This document shows positions 20,802 through 31,268 of a DNA stretch of 64,000 nt, one piece after another. A program made the translations under genes and the position numbers. Within the stretch, counting starts at the first letter, position 1. Each line of letters begins with the position of its first letter. Under the pieces are notes generated by a model. It worked only from the letters and a program-made list of their open reading frames with translations. It had not been told where the DNA came from and did not search any database. Source of the DNA: Nitrospirota bacterium (GTDB lineage: Bacteria; Nitrospirota; UBA9217); contig DASPSR010000030.1 in NCBI GenBank assembly GCA_035623825.1, forward strand, positions 1 through 64,000. The letters run 5' to 3'.

Positions 20802-21610
20802 CAGAGACAAGGACAACTCCGGCTGCGAGTACGGAAGTGCGCAAAGACAGAAAGCTCGGAGACGAGTGGATTGACTGGAAAGGCGAATCTGACCCGCGGG
20901 AACGGGAAATCAACGAAAACCTTTCCACTTTCCTCTCTCTGGCATCGGGCGTTCTCATAATCTTCATTTTGCTGCTGTTTCTCGGGTGGTTCATGGTGAA
21001 ACCCCGGTTCCAACAATTCGACCCGCTGCTCGCGACGTGTGCCGGGTGGGTGATCGCCGGTTTCACGATATGTCTCGTAATCTCCGCGATTCTTGAGGTC
21101 GTGTTGCTGCGCACATTCAAGAGATCCCTGCTCCCCTACGGATGGATCGAAAGGCTTATTGTTTCGCTGCTCCCGAAGACGATCTGGCTCGGGAAAAAGT
21201 TCGGCATCAACAAGGACAGGATAGGGAATTCCTTCATCAAGATGCATAATTTCGTCACCATGAACTTTGTCGGAAAGCTCAATGCCGACCGGATCCTGGT
21301 CCTACTTCCGCGGTGCCTGAAAAGAGAGGCGCGGGCCGAATTGATGAACAGATTGCAGGGAAGCGACTATAAAGTCATGACTGCCGCCGGCGGGGAGGAG
21401 GCGCGGGAGGCAATCCGGCAGTATCGTCCCACGACTATTCTTGCCATTGCCTGCGAGCGGGATCTAATGGGCGGAATCAAGGATGTCGCGGACAAGATTC
21501 CGGTGATCGCCATACCCAATAGGAGGCCTGAGGGCCCGTGCAAAAACACCGATTTTGCCATGAGCGAGCTTGATGAGGCTCTGACGGCCTTGGCGGCCGC
21601 ACGGTCTTAA
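20798..21610 (+). CDS. DUF116-like membrane-anchored protein
   Basis: Two TM helices, then LLPRCL, IACERDL and GPCKNT Cys motifs. GTGA overlap with hpnA. Confidence 0.75.
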   Translation: MTETRTTPAASTEVRKDRKLGDEWIDWKGESDPREREINENLSTFLSLASGVLIIFILLLFLGWFMVKPRFQQFDPLLATCAGWVIAGFTICLVISAILEVVLLRTFKRSLLPYGWIERLIVSLLPKTIWLGKKFGINKDRIGNSFIKMHNFVTMNFVGKLNADRILVLLPRCLKREARAELMNRLQGSDYKVMTAAGGEEAREAIRQYRPTTILAIACERDLMGGIKDVADKIPVIAIPNRRPEGPCKNTDFAMSELDEALTALAAARS

Positions 21611-21729
21611 CCGGCAGGAACTTCACCACAGGGACGGCCGCGACGTCAACAGATCGTAGGAACGGGCCGCGGGAAACAGCGTCCAAGAGCAGAGAGCTTC
21701 CGGGTCATTCTAACGTTCGAGAGGTTTTC

Positions 21730-22731
21730 ATGCGCTTTCCAGTCAGCTTGTATACATCGTTAACGAGATTTTTCGCGAGGAACGCACTAAAGGGCGTAAA
21801 GAGATTCCCGCTCGTCCTCATGCTCGAGCCGACGCATCGATGTAATCTTGCCTGCGCCGGCTGCGACAGGATACGGCTGTACGATGGCGAGCACACCGAA
21901 GACCTCTCCCCGGGCCAGTGCATCGATGCGGCCCTGGAGTCGGGTGCTCCGGTCGTGACGGTAACGGGAGGCGAACCGCTCTTGTATAAAGAATTGAAGT
22001 ACACTGTGCGGGAGCTGCTTCGGCTGAAACGGCATGTTTATCTCTGCTCGAACGGCATTCTTACCGGAGACTTTATCGAGGACTTTCCTCCGCACCAGAG
22101 GCTAACGCTTAATATTCATCTGGATGGGATGGAAGAGACACATGACCGCATCACGGGCAAGGCCGGAACATTCAAAAAGGCGATTGCTTCGATCAACTTG
22201 GCCAAGCAAAAGGGTTTCCGCGTGAGCACCAATACGTCGGTGTACAAGAACACTGACATCGAAGAGCTGGAGAGATTGTTCAAAACGCTCAAGGAACTTC
22301 GGGTAGATGGCATCCTGATGTCTCCCGCCTTCAATTATGAACGGGTCGAGAACGACATCTTTCTCAGCAGAGAGGAGGCGATGGAAAAATTCAAGCGGAT
22401 GGATTTTTTCAAGAGGTTCCCATTCATCAGCTCCCCCCTCTATATCGACTTTCTGAAAGGGAACAGGCACCTTCGCTGCACTCCATGGGGCAATCCGACG
22501 CGTAACCCGTTGGGTTGGAAATCCCCCTGCTATCTGATCACCGATGCCTACTATCCGTCATTTCGCGAATTGATGGAAAAGACACCCTGGGACCGGTATG
22601 AGGCCGGAACCGATAGGCGGTGCAGGGACTGCATGGTCCACAGTGGATACGAAGCGACCGTGCAGAGAATCGCCTTTTCACATCCGAAGGACTTCGTCAG
22701 GCTTGTTTTCTGGAACCTGGGAAAGACCTGA
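21730..22731 (+). CDS. hpnH: Adenosyl-hopene transferase, radical SAM HpnH
   Basis: RFPLVLMLEP..CNLACAGC, GGEPL, CTPWGNPTRN..GWKSPCYL, CRDCMVHSGYE. Confidence 0.93.
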   Translation: MRFPVSLYTSLTRFFARNALKGVKRFPLVLMLEPTHRCNLACAGCDRIRLYDGEHTEDLSPGQCIDAALESGAPVVTVTGGEPLLYKELKYTVRELLRLKRHVYLCSNGILTGDFIEDFPPHQRLTLNIHLDGMEETHDRITGKAGTFKKAIASINLAKQKGFRVSTNTSVYKNTDIEELERLFKTLKELRVDGILMSPAFNYERVENDIFLSREEAMEKFKRMDFFKRFPFISSPLYIDFLKGNRHLRCTPWGNPTRNPLGWKSPCYLITDAYYPSFRELMEKTPWDRYEAGTDRRCRDCMVHSGYEATVQRIAFSHPKDFVRLVFWNLGKT

Positions 22732-22745
22732 GGGGGCCTGCAAGA

Positions 22746-23594
22746 ATGCTTCTCCTCGACACAATCCTCCTCAGGCCATACGTGTTCATCTTCCTTGCCG
22801 TCTACCTCGCTGGATGCTCTCTGCACTTGGGATTTAAAAGGGCCCTCCTATTCGGCGTCGTGGGATACGCGATCGCGTGGCTATCGGAATTTTCCTCGAT
22901 TCACAATGGTTTTCCTTACGGGCACTATTACTATCTCGACGGCACGAGAGGGAAAGAGATATGGGTCCTTGGCGTTCCGCTCATGGATTCGATCAGTTAC
23001 GTCTTTCTTGCCTATGCGAGCTATTCGCTGGCGCTTCTCGTCTCCTCGCCGTTGCGCCACTCAAGATGGTTGGTCTACGTCCTTGAGACGGAAAAAACAA
23101 GGAACTCTTTTCAGGCGAGAATGCTCGGTGCGCTGCTGTTCGTATACCTCGATATCATTATAGATCCACTCGCCTTGCGAGGAGATCGCTGGTTTCTCGG
23201 TCGAATCTACGGCTACCCCGAACAGGGGGTCTATTTTGGCGTTCCTCTCTCGAACTTTCTCGGGTGGTTCGTAGTTGGTTTCGCGATGATCTATGTCCTG
23301 CAAAAGATCGATTGGTACCTGCGGAAAAAAGGGGTCTCCGATCTTATAGGGTACAAATATCCCTGGCGATTTCTTATCGGTCCTGCCCTTTATCTTGGCG
23401 TGCTTGTCTTCAACTTATCGGTCACGTTCTTCATCCGGGAGCACATGCTCGGATGGGCAGGGATCTTTATCGTAATGCTGCCCGCGTTCCTCATGTACTC
23501 GATCGTGAGGGGCAGGATCTCGCAGGAAAGCGGCGAGACGGCGGTGGCGGAGCATTACAGGGATTTTCCCCAAGCGATGTCCAGAGACCACTGA
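22746..23594 (+). CDS. CruF-like (carotenoid biosynthesis / DUF422) polytopic membrane protein
   Basis: SEFSSIHNGFPYGHYYY, GVPL, DIIIDPLA, YFGVPLSNFLGWF. Confidence 0.78.
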   Translation: MLLLDTILLRPYVFIFLAVYLAGCSLHLGFKRALLFGVVGYAIAWLSEFSSIHNGFPYGHYYYLDGTRGKEIWVLGVPLMDSISYVFLAYASYSLALLVSSPLRHSRWLVYVLETEKTRNSFQARMLGALLFVYLDIIIDPLALRGDRWFLGRIYGYPEQGVYFGVPLSNFLGWFVVGFAMIYVLQKIDWYLRKKGVSDLIGYKYPWRFLIGPALYLGVLVFNLSVTFFIREHMLGWAGIFIVMLPAFLMYSIVRGRISQESGETAVAEHYRDFPQAMSRDH

Positions 23595-23862
23595 AGGTTA
23601 TGTTTGAGACGTGTCTGGATCAAAGGAAATCGATCTCGCTGATTCTCCATGGGACTGAGGAATACTTAGTATTATCGCGTATTTTAGGCATGTAGCAACA
23701 TCATGCGATACGTTGCTTGCCTCGGTCGCGAGCCCGCATAAGGTATGAAAGCGGCAAACAAGAGTGCGGCTCCGCACAAACAAAGGGCTATGGGGCAAAT
23801 CTATTCTCACCTTAGATTTCCGCGTCATCGGGAAAAGATCAAATAGTAATCTTGAGGCAAGA

Positions 23863-24582
23863 ATGACCTTAAAAGGAATTTTTAATTTGCTACTGGGCTT
23901 TGCCGCCCGAAAACATGTATTCGCGTTTTTTTGTCTACTGATTTTTGCCCACGCGGCAATGGCGCAGGATTCGGCTTATACAAGCAAGAAGAGCGCTGAC
24001 ATGCCGGAGAACCCGGGGAAGTCGCTTGACTTGGGTACGAGCCAACTGGGCTTTTGGGCGGGATATTCTTCGACAAATCCGACTCTAATTGGCCATGCCA
24101 TCAACCGCTCTCTCTTTGAGTTCAACGTGCAATATGCGCGCGTACTGAGAACGGGCGATACGTGGGCGCTGAAATATACCGCTGAAATCGTTCCTGTAGC
24201 AATCGTCAGGCAGCCGCCGCAGGGTTTTGCGATGAACGGGGATCCAGTTGATCTTCCCGGCGGCAGACAGAGGATTTACGGCGCCGGGATTTCTCCATTA
24301 GGATTGCAGATGAACTTCCGACGAGGTAGCGTTTTGCAGCCTTATGTCAATGGAACGGCCGGTGTTCTGTATTTCTCAAAAAACGTACCGGTGGCAGATT
24401 CTTCAAATTTTAATTTCACATTTAGTTTTGGCGCGGGTGTGGAGATCTGGTATCGAGAGGACCAGTCGATTATCCTTGGCTATAAGTACCATCACATTTC
24501 CAACGGTTACACTGCCTCTCAGAATCCGGGTGTCGATTCGAATCTATTCTATGCGGGATTTTTATGGAGCTGGAGCAAATAA
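23863..24582 (+). CDS. pagL: Acyloxyacyl hydrolase / lipid A 3-O-deacylase PagL family
   Basis: Signal peptide (AHAAMA), beta-strand pattern, FNFTFSFGAG and YHHISN..NPGVD catalytic region. Confidence 0.75.
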   Translation: MTLKGIFNLLLGFAARKHVFAFFCLLIFAHAAMAQDSAYTSKKSADMPENPGKSLDLGTSQLGFWAGYSSTNPTLIGHAINRSLFEFNVQYARVLRTGDTWALKYTAEIVPVAIVRQPPQGFAMNGDPVDLPGGRQRIYGAGISPLGLQMNFRRGSVLQPYVNGTAGVLYFSKNVPVADSSNFNFTFSFGAGVEIWYREDQSIILGYKYHHISNGYTASQNPGVDSNLFYAGFLWSWSK

Positions 24583-24648
24583 GGCAGCAGTACGCGCTTT
24601 ATGCGAGATTGCTCCGTTCTTCGCAAAAACAGAAAATACATTCCGTAA

Positions 24649-24677
24649 TTGACAGATTCCGTCGTTCAGACTATCAT
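24649..24677 (+). promoter_or_regulatory. sigma70-like promoter of the cytochrome gene
   Basis: TTGACA-N17-TATCAT. Confidence 0.5.
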
Positions 24678-24768
24678 TTGAGGTAAGCGGCAGCATGAGA
24701 GAACTATCGAATAGGAGCCACATGAATAGGGGTCAAATTACATGTACTGTTAGAAAGGTGAGGTGCAT

Positions 24769-25590
24769 ATGGCCCGTGAAACATCGAATCAATTCGATTT
24801 TACAATGTTTGGCTGTTATGTAGCGCTGTTCATTGTTTTGCTATCTTGCCATCCTGATGCCCTCAGGGCACAAGAACAATCAGTAACCAGACCGTCTCTT
24901 CCTCCGACCTTTCCCGCCGGAACAGATTTGCAATCAAAATGCTTGGAGTGTCACAATTACGGGGAAAATCACCACCCTGTCGGCAGTGCCCCTTCGAACC
25001 CTGTAAACTATCCATTTCCGCTTTATAACGGGAAAATCATGTGTTTGACTTGCCACACAGAGGACCATCAAACAGGAGGCCTAGGACTCTTACGAGGAGG
25101 TCCGTACAATGACAGGCGGGATATCTGTTTTAAATGTCATACTCAGAGAGAGTATGCTGGTATCGATCCTCACATCATGATGGATGACCGCGGTAAAATA
25201 CGCAGCATGAACGGCCGACCGGTCTGTCTCTTTTGTCATTCCACATTACCTAACCCAACAACTGATAGAACCGGAGATGTCCGGTTCAGGGCGGATGTTG
25301 CTTTCCTCTGCTGGCGCTGTCACCCTCTTATGGCGAGCCCGATTTTTTTCAAAACGCACTTCCTCAAAAAGCCGTCAGAAGAAATGGAAAAGTACATAAA
25401 AGAAAAGGAACAACTGATACTAGTGACTATTCCCCTAGTGCCCAGAGACCGCATTACCTGTTCGACATGTCATAACCCGCATCAAAAAGGCGTCATTCTC
25501 TATGGCCCATCCGCTAGCGGGGCTGACCAAAAGAACAGGCTCCGGCTTCCGGGTGAAAAGCTCTGCATCGCGTGTCACAATTTCAGTTAA
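24769..25590 (+). CDS. Periplasmic multiheme cytochrome c (7 CxxCH)
   Basis: CLECH, CLTCH, CFKCH, CLFCH, CWRCH, CSTCH, CIACH. N-terminal hydrophobic signal. Confidence 0.9.
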   Translation: MARETSNQFDFTMFGCYVALFIVLLSCHPDALRAQEQSVTRPSLPPTFPAGTDLQSKCLECHNYGENHHPVGSAPSNPVNYPFPLYNGKIMCLTCHTEDHQTGGLGLLRGGPYNDRRDICFKCHTQREYAGIDPHIMMDDRGKIRSMNGRPVCLFCHSTLPNPTTDRTGDVRFRADVAFLCWRCHPLMASPIFFKTHFLKKPSEEMEKYIKEKEQLILVTIPLVPRDRITCSTCHNPHQKGVILYGPSASGADQKNRLRLPGEKLCIACHNFS

Positions 25591-25836
25591 CATGATAACG
25601 GAAGACGACCCTGTATTGATATACCACATTAACAGGATTGTCGCGAGAAACGGCATCGTAAACGCCTTAAGGAAAACAAATTGTACTGTTACTGCATAGT
25701 GTGAAAATATCGACTTCATGTTGTATTGTAAAATCTCCCGGCCATCCGAGGATTTGCTTGGACAGGAGAAATCTTATTTCCCCGCGCTGGCGGCTAAACC
25801 CGATTATTCGATAGAGACGGCAGGAAGGTATCGCCT

Positions 25837-26109
25837 GTGTGCAGGAATATCAAGACCCTCTTCAACTTTGAACCGCCTGTGACGGAAGAAGAGATCCGTG
25901 CGGCAGCACTACAATTCGTGAGAAAAGTGAGCGGTTTCAACAAGCCATCGAGAATCAACGAAAAAGCTTTCCTTGCTGCCGTCGATGGCGTAGCGACGGT
26001 TTCCAGAAGACTCCTGAGCTCGCTTGAAACGAATGCGCTGCCGAGGAACCGAGATGAAGAAGCCGCCAAGGCGAGAGCACGCGTTGCCAAGAGGTTCCCC
26101 GCAAAATAA
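25837..26109 (+). CDS. DUF2277 family small protein
   Basis: MCRNIKTLFNFEPPVTEEEIRAAALQFVRKVSGF signature. Confidence 0.85.
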   Translation: MCRNIKTLFNFEPPVTEEEIRAAALQFVRKVSGFNKPSRINEKAFLAAVDGVATVSRRLLSSLETNALPRNRDEEAAKARARVAKRFPAK

Positions 26110-26379
26110 ATTGCCATCTGACCGTATATATTGAAGCGAAGCACCTCCTGGCTGCTACTCATATGCGCAATATATAATTATTACCTGATGAAGCCAAGAG
26201 AGGCGAAAGCGGCTGGTCTAAGATCGTGATCGCGACAGGGCCATGGCATCGGATCCCAGGACGTATGGAGCAGCGTCCCGATTCAATTCTCGTAAAGGAT
26301 GAACGAGCGACGGGATAACCTCTATGAAAACCTGCCGACGGCATGGAGAACCGTGTCGATTCCGGGAAAACCGATGCTA

Positions 26380-27051
26380 TCAATCGAGCTCGAACTTGTA
26401 ACCGACACCGTATACTGACTGTATGAGTTTCGTTTCGGGATCGACGGCCTCAAGCTTCCTGCGCAATTTTTTTATATGGCCGTCGATCGTGCGGTCGTTG
26501 ACGTAACGATCATCCGGATAAATTTTTTCCATGAGTTGCTGACGGCCGAAGATACGCCCCGGGCTGACGGCGAGGACTTGCAGCAACTTGAATTCCACAG
26601 CCGTGAGACCCAGGTCATTTCCGTGGAGCGTGGCCCGGTACCGGTATTCATCGAGAACAAGTTCCTGCGCCTGCATGGTCCTTCCATCGCTAGCACGCCG
26701 AAGGACTGCTTTGACCCGTGCAACGACTTCGCGAGGGCTGAATGGTTTGCATATGTAGTCGTCGGCCCCGAGCTCAAGCCCGAGCAAGCGGTCAATCTCC
26801 TCAACCTTTGCCGTAACCATGATGATAGGAACTCTGGAGAAGGTCCGGACTTCCCTGCAGATATCCATCCCATCGCGTCCCGGCAGCATCAAATCGAGGA
26901 GCACCAAATCCGGCTTGTGCTCCCTGATCCATGGCACCGCCTCGGTTCCATTCGTCAGAGCAAAGGGGTCGAACCCTGATGCCCTCAGGTACTCGGTCAG
27001 CAGGTCAGCCAACTTCGCCTCGTCTTCAACAATGAGAATCTTCCCGTTCAT
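26380..27051 (-). CDS. baeR: BaeR-like OmpR-family response regulator
   Basis: DLMLPGRDG, EEIDRLLGLELGADDYICKPFSPREVVARV, DRTIDGHIKKLRRKL, SVYGVGY. Confidence 0.85.
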   Translation of the reverse strand: MNGKILIVEDEAKLADLLTEYLRASGFDPFALTNGTEAVPWIREHKPDLVLLDLMLPGRDGMDICREVRTFSRVPIIMVTAKVEEIDRLLGLELGADDYICKPFSPREVVARVKAVLRRASDGRTMQAQELVLDEYRYRATLHGNDLGLTAVEFKLLQVLAVSPGRIFGRQQLMEKIYPDDRYVNDRTIDGHIKKLRRKLEAVDPETKLIQSVYGVGYKFELD

Positions 27052-28478
27052 GCGCTCCTCACAGCGATCGGAAGAGTGATTCTGATCAGTAAGCCCCCCA
27101 GTGGAGATGGGTGGGCGGATATCGTCCCCTCGTGGGCCTCAACGATGTTTTTGCAGATTGCAAGGCCAAGTCCCGCCCCACCTGAATTCCGGCTACGAGA
27201 CTCTTCCACACGGTAGAGGCGATCGAACAATTTGCCCAGCTCTTCCTCCGGTACGCCCGGCGTAGAATCTTGAAATTCAATAGTCACTTGTCCTCCCGTC
27301 GACGTAAGACCGATGACGAGCGCACCTCCCGTGTCAGTATATTTCTGTGAATTCTCGAGCACGTTCGTGAAAAGCTGATTCAGCCGCTCCCGGTCGGCAA
27401 ACACCATGCTTGCCTGTTGCCGAGGAAAATTTTCGGTGACTGTGATTTCCTTCCGGCCGAACTCAGTGCGGTAGGACTCTAGGGAATCCCTAAGCACCGT
27501 GGCCAGATCAAGATTTTCCTTCCGATAGGTCAAGGCGCCGATATCGGAGAGGGAGAGTTGGTAGAGGTCGTCTACAAGACGGTTTAGCCTCATTGCCTCT
27601 GCGTGAAGTGATTGAACCGCTTCTGGAGTCATCGTTCGGATTCCGTCAAGGATCGCCTCAAGTTCGCCTCGCAGCACGGCGATGGGCGTCCGCAATTCAT
27701 GGGAGATGTCGGCAAGCCATTGACGACGTGCCTTTTCATTTTTCTCAAGGGTCAATGCCAGCGTGTTAAAGTCACGGGCGAGCTGCCCCAACTCATCCGA
27801 AGAGCCGACTGGAACGCGGATCGAATATTTGCCGGACGCGAGGTCCCCTGTTGCCGCGGTCATAGCCCGAATCGGACGTACGAGGCGTTCCGCCAAGGGG
27901 AACGAAAATATAATAATAGCCAACACCATCCCGCCTGCTGCTAGAATCAGGGCGGATTTCTGCTGCCTGAGAAACTGAAGCTGATGAGGGTTAAGAAATT
28001 GTTTTGGCGGTATGAATCCTACATAACCAACTGTTTTCCCGTCGTGGATAACGGGTCTGAAGTCCACTCCCTCCGTTTCCTCGGTCGTTCCGAAGACCGG
28101 TTTCCGCTCTGAGTCCAGAACGATGAATGGCCATCGTGAACGGCGTCCGCTCCTCGGGCCCTGTGGAAGGGGCCGCATCTCCTTGCCGTCTTCACTTTTA
28201 TTTGATGTGCCAGTTGCTGCGTCTTCGGATCTTGCATTCATTAGATTCGCTATCTCGACTCTCGGGTTGTTTCTTAGAAAATCCCAATTGCCATGCTCTG
28301 TATAGGATTCTTCCAGATTGCCGGCCATTTGCTCCAATCGGCTCTGGTCCAGTGTTTTGAGGTATTGGTAAAATCCCCGGTCAATATTCCACCGCATGAT
28401 TAAGAACAGGGAAAGGATTGCCATGCCCGTGGCCGCAAGAATGGAGAGAAACAGCCGATAGGTAATGCCAATTTTCAT
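27048..28478 (-). CDS. baeS: BaeS-like sensor histidine kinase
   Basis: DELGQLARDFNTLA, ADISHELRTPIAVLRGELEA, DSTPGV, SRNSGGAGLGL. Confidence 0.85.
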   Translation of the reverse strand: MKIGITYRLFLSILAATGMAILSLFLIMRWNIDRGFYQYLKTLDQSRLEQMAGNLEESYTEHGNWDFLRNNPRVEIANLMNARSEDAATGTSNKSEDGKEMRPLPQGPRSGRRSRWPFIVLDSERKPVFGTTEETEGVDFRPVIHDGKTVGYVGFIPPKQFLNPHQLQFLRQQKSALILAAGGMVLAIIIFSFPLAERLVRPIRAMTAATGDLASGKYSIRVPVGSSDELGQLARDFNTLALTLEKNEKARRQWLADISHELRTPIAVLRGELEAILDGIRTMTPEAVQSLHAEAMRLNRLVDDLYQLSLSDIGALTYRKENLDLATVLRDSLESYRTEFGRKEITVTENFPRQQASMVFADRERLNQLFTNVLENSQKYTDTGGALVIGLTSTGGQVTIEFQDSTPGVPEEELGKLFDRLYRVEESRSRNSGGAGLGLAICKNIVEAHEGTISAHPSPLGGLLIRITLPIAVRSA

Positions 28479-28564
28479 ATCAACCCCGTGCCTCGCAATA
28501 GTAGCATTTTTTGAATCGTGATATTGTAACCCATGATCAAGTGAAAATATACATTAAAGCAAAC

Positions 28565-28582
28565 TTTCTCAATTCTTTCACA
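28565..28582 (+). promoter_or_regulatory. Candidate BaeR-type direct repeat (TTTCTCA / TTTCACA, 11-bp period)
   Basis: Lies between the divergent baeS and the spy-like gene. Confidence 0.35.
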
Positions 28583-28658
28583 TTTGAGCCATATTCGGTT
28601 GCTATTCTGTGATCGAGAAGACGGCGGGGTCAAATGCCGAATTTAAAAGGGGGTTCAC

Positions 28659-29222
28659 ATGAAAAGAATTTTAGCTGGTCTTATGGTGGGGTTTTTGGCC
28701 ATAGTTTTTGTAACGCAGTATTCTTCTGCGCAGACTTGCGGCCAAGGGGGAGGTTTCCGGGACGCAGGCTCGCCAATGATGTCGTCTATGAGGCATGATG
28801 GCAGGGGCATGATGAGAAAGGAGCATCATCTCTGGAGATCACTCATGAGTCTCGGTCTTGATGAGAAACAGATGGAGGCAATAAAGGAGATTAAAAGCAG
28901 AGTAATGAAAGATACCATCAGGAAAAGGGCTGATCTCGAAGTGGCCAGAATAGACTTGAAGGATATTATTCATAAAGACCAGGTGGATATGAACGCGGCG
29001 GAGACAATGTTGAAAAAAATAGCTTCGCTGCAAACGGACATTCGCCTTTCCCATATAAAAGCAATGCAGGAGATCAAGTCAAAACTGACACCGGAGCAGA
29101 GGAAAAAACTCAAGGAGATGCGTGAAATAGGTCCCAAACAGGAAAGAATGATGCACGGCGGAATGCCAATGACCTCACAGACAGAGAAAAAGGAAGGAGA
29201 ATCACAAGAGAAGGCGCAGTAG
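28659..29222 (+). CDS. Spy/CpxP family periplasmic chaperone (LTXXQ)
   Basis: Signal peptide, Met/His/Gly-rich N-terminus, LGLDEKQ and LTPEQR motifs. Confidence 0.85.
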   Translation: MKRILAGLMVGFLAIVFVTQYSSAQTCGQGGGFRDAGSPMMSSMRHDGRGMMRKEHHLWRSLMSLGLDEKQMEAIKEIKSRVMKDTIRKRADLEVARIDLKDIIHKDQVDMNAAETMLKKIASLQTDIRLSHIKAMQEIKSKLTPEQRKKLKEMREIGPKQERMMHGGMPMTSQTEKKEGESQEKAQ

Positions 29223-29550
29223 CAACGCACACGGTGTTAGATGAGGCCGGCCATTGAGAAGGCTTTTTTGATTGAATCGTGCCCTGTGCACATCTGGGGT
29301 GTCGAGGTAGTGTCGGCACCTTTTTTTTAATGAAGGTAGAAGTATTTGAGGTATCGGTGTGCGCTCATGTTCGGATATTACCAAAGCAGTAAGAAAATAT
29401 TGTATGGATGTGAAACTAAATAGCTCTAGGAAGATTACAACAAGCGAAACTGAGCGATCTCGGCAAAAGGGGAAATGGAGGAGAGGCTTAAGCGCAAAAA
29501 GGAATAATTTTGAAATAAAATGATGTCTCTCTTTAGGAAAGGGGGCAGAG

Positions 29551-29907
29551 GTGAGCAGCGAAGCAGTGCTTGTCATCGTCGATGACAAAGCGACGAGAGA
29601 TAGTCTTCAAATGTTTTTAACATTTGAAGGATTTATCATTAGTTCTTCTAAATGTGGAGCAGATGCTCTCGATGTGACAAGGAAAAAGCGCTTCGATGTA
29701 CTATTGATATGTTATCGAATACTGGAGATAAATGGTGATGAGTTGATGAGGCAGCTTAGGTCTCGGTGCCCTGACTCGTTTATAATCGGTTTCGGCATCG
29801 AATCAAAGGGTCAAGCATTCTTGAGGGCGGGTGCAGACGCCTTTGTAAGAAAAGACAAGGTGGTTCATGAACTGGTTCCGCTCATTAGGAATAGAATACG
29901 GCGTTGA
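29551..29907 (+). CDS. Stand-alone receiver domain lacking the phospho-acceptor Asp (degenerate)
   Basis: VIVDD..FDVLLICY (Cys at the expected Asp position)..AGADAFVRK. Confidence 0.6.
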   Translation: MSSEAVLVIVDDKATRDSLQMFLTFEGFIISSSKCGADALDVTRKKRFDVLLICYRILEINGDELMRQLRSRCPDSFIIGFGIESKGQAFLRAGADAFVRKDKVVHELVPLIRNRIRR

Positions 29908-30039
29908 CAGTGGTGTCAGGTCGGTGTTATGATTCGGTCTGTATTCATTTCCCCCTCATCTCAAACGAAAATAATCAAAAATTAATTCTCCTTGCGTTTG
30001 CTGATCCGAAGGAGGGATAATTATCGAGAGGATATAGCG

Positions 30040-31257
30040 ATGACTTATTCGAAAGAAACGATGTCAGACGGCAAACAGGAGCAGACTCGTTTCCGGGCGC
30101 TGAATAACCGCTCGCGGATTATATGGACTATAGTTTGTCTCATAGTTGTTGGAGTGTTTATTTTTCTTGTAAAAGGTGTTAAAAAAGAGCCACGCGCTGC
30201 CCAGCAGGGGGCTGCGACAGCACCGGGTGTACCGGTCGTGGCAGCTCAGGTAAAGAAAGCCGAATTTGCTGTTTATCTATCCGGTCTCGGCGCGGTCACT
30301 CCGCTTAACACTATTACGGTAAAGACTCGAGTTGATGGTGAGTTGACGAAAGTCCTTTTTCGGGAAGGCCAGGTCGTGAACCAGGGTGAACTCTTGGTCG
30401 AAATCGACCCGCGACCCTTCGAAGTGCAGCTCACCCAGGCCCAGGGAGCCATGGCCCGGGATGAGGCGCTGCTCGAAAATGCAAAGCTTGATCTTGTGCG
30501 GTACCAGGATCTGGTTAAAAAAGATCTGATCCCCCTTCAACAGCTCGACACTCAGGCTTACCTGGTGCACCAGTATGAAGGAGAGGTCAAGGCCGATCAG
30601 GGCCAGATCGACAACGCCAAGCTGCAGCTGGTCTATGCCAGGATCACTGCTCCGATCAGCGGCCGCATCGGATTACGTCAAGTGGACCCAGGTAACATTG
30701 TTCATGCGAGCGATACCAGCGGACTTGCTGTGATCACCCAGCTCCAACCGATCGCAGTGATCTTTTCCCTGCCCGAAGACAATCTCGCACAGATATTGGC
30801 TAGACTCAAGAGTAGCGCACGCCTGACGGTCGAGGCGTACGACAGAGATCAGAAGCAGAAGCTCGCGACAGGGACTCTTTTGACGGTTGACAACCAGATC
30901 GACCCGAACACGGGCACAGTCAAGCTTAAGGCCGAATTTCCGAACAGAAACAATGAGCTCTTCCCTAACCAGTTTGTCAATGCCCATCTTATCATCGAAG
31001 TCAAGCACGATGCCGTCATTGTTCCGGCACCTGCCATACAGCGGGGACCTCAGGGCACATTCGTTTACGTGGTGAAAGAAGACCAGACGGCAGCACTGCG
31101 TTCTGTCACCGTCGGGGTCACCCAGGAAGGCAACGCGTCCATTGCGTCTGGTCTGTCAGTTGGCGAACTTGTGGTCGTGGACGGCGCAGACAGGCTTCGC
31201 AACGGCAGCAAGGTCGAGGTGAAGGGCCAGAACAGTGGTGCCCCGATAGCACCGTAA
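30040..31257 (+). CDS. mdtA: MdtA/MuxA family RND periplasmic adaptor
   Basis: [61 protein letters not shown]. Confidence 0.9.
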   Translation: MTYSKETMSDGKQEQTRFRALNNRSRIIWTIVCLIVVGVFIFLVKGVKKEPRAAQQGAATAPGVPVVAAQVKKAEFAVYLSGLGAVTPLNTITVKTRVDGELTKVLFREGQVVNQGELLVEIDPRPFEVQLTQAQGAMARDEALLENAKLDLVRYQDLVKKDLIPLQQLDTQAYLVHQYEGEVKADQGQIDNAKLQLVYARITAPISGRIGLRQVDPGNIVHASDTSGLAVITQLQPIAVIFSLPEDNLAQILARLKSSARLTVEAYDRDQKQKLATGTLLTVDNQIDPNTGTVKLKAEFPNRNNELFPNQFVNAHLIIEVKHDAVIVPAPAIQRGPQGTFVYVVKEDQTAALRSVTVGVTQEGNASIASGLSVGELVVVDGADRLRNGSKVEVKGQNSGAPIAP

Positions 31258-31268
31258 AGGCAGAGCAA

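Noticed and set aside
14731-26319. Shared 13-mer GCGACGGGATAAC in two intergenic regions (about 14731 and 26307)
   Set aside because: Matches of this length are expected by chance in a 64-kb self-comparison, and the flanks do not align.
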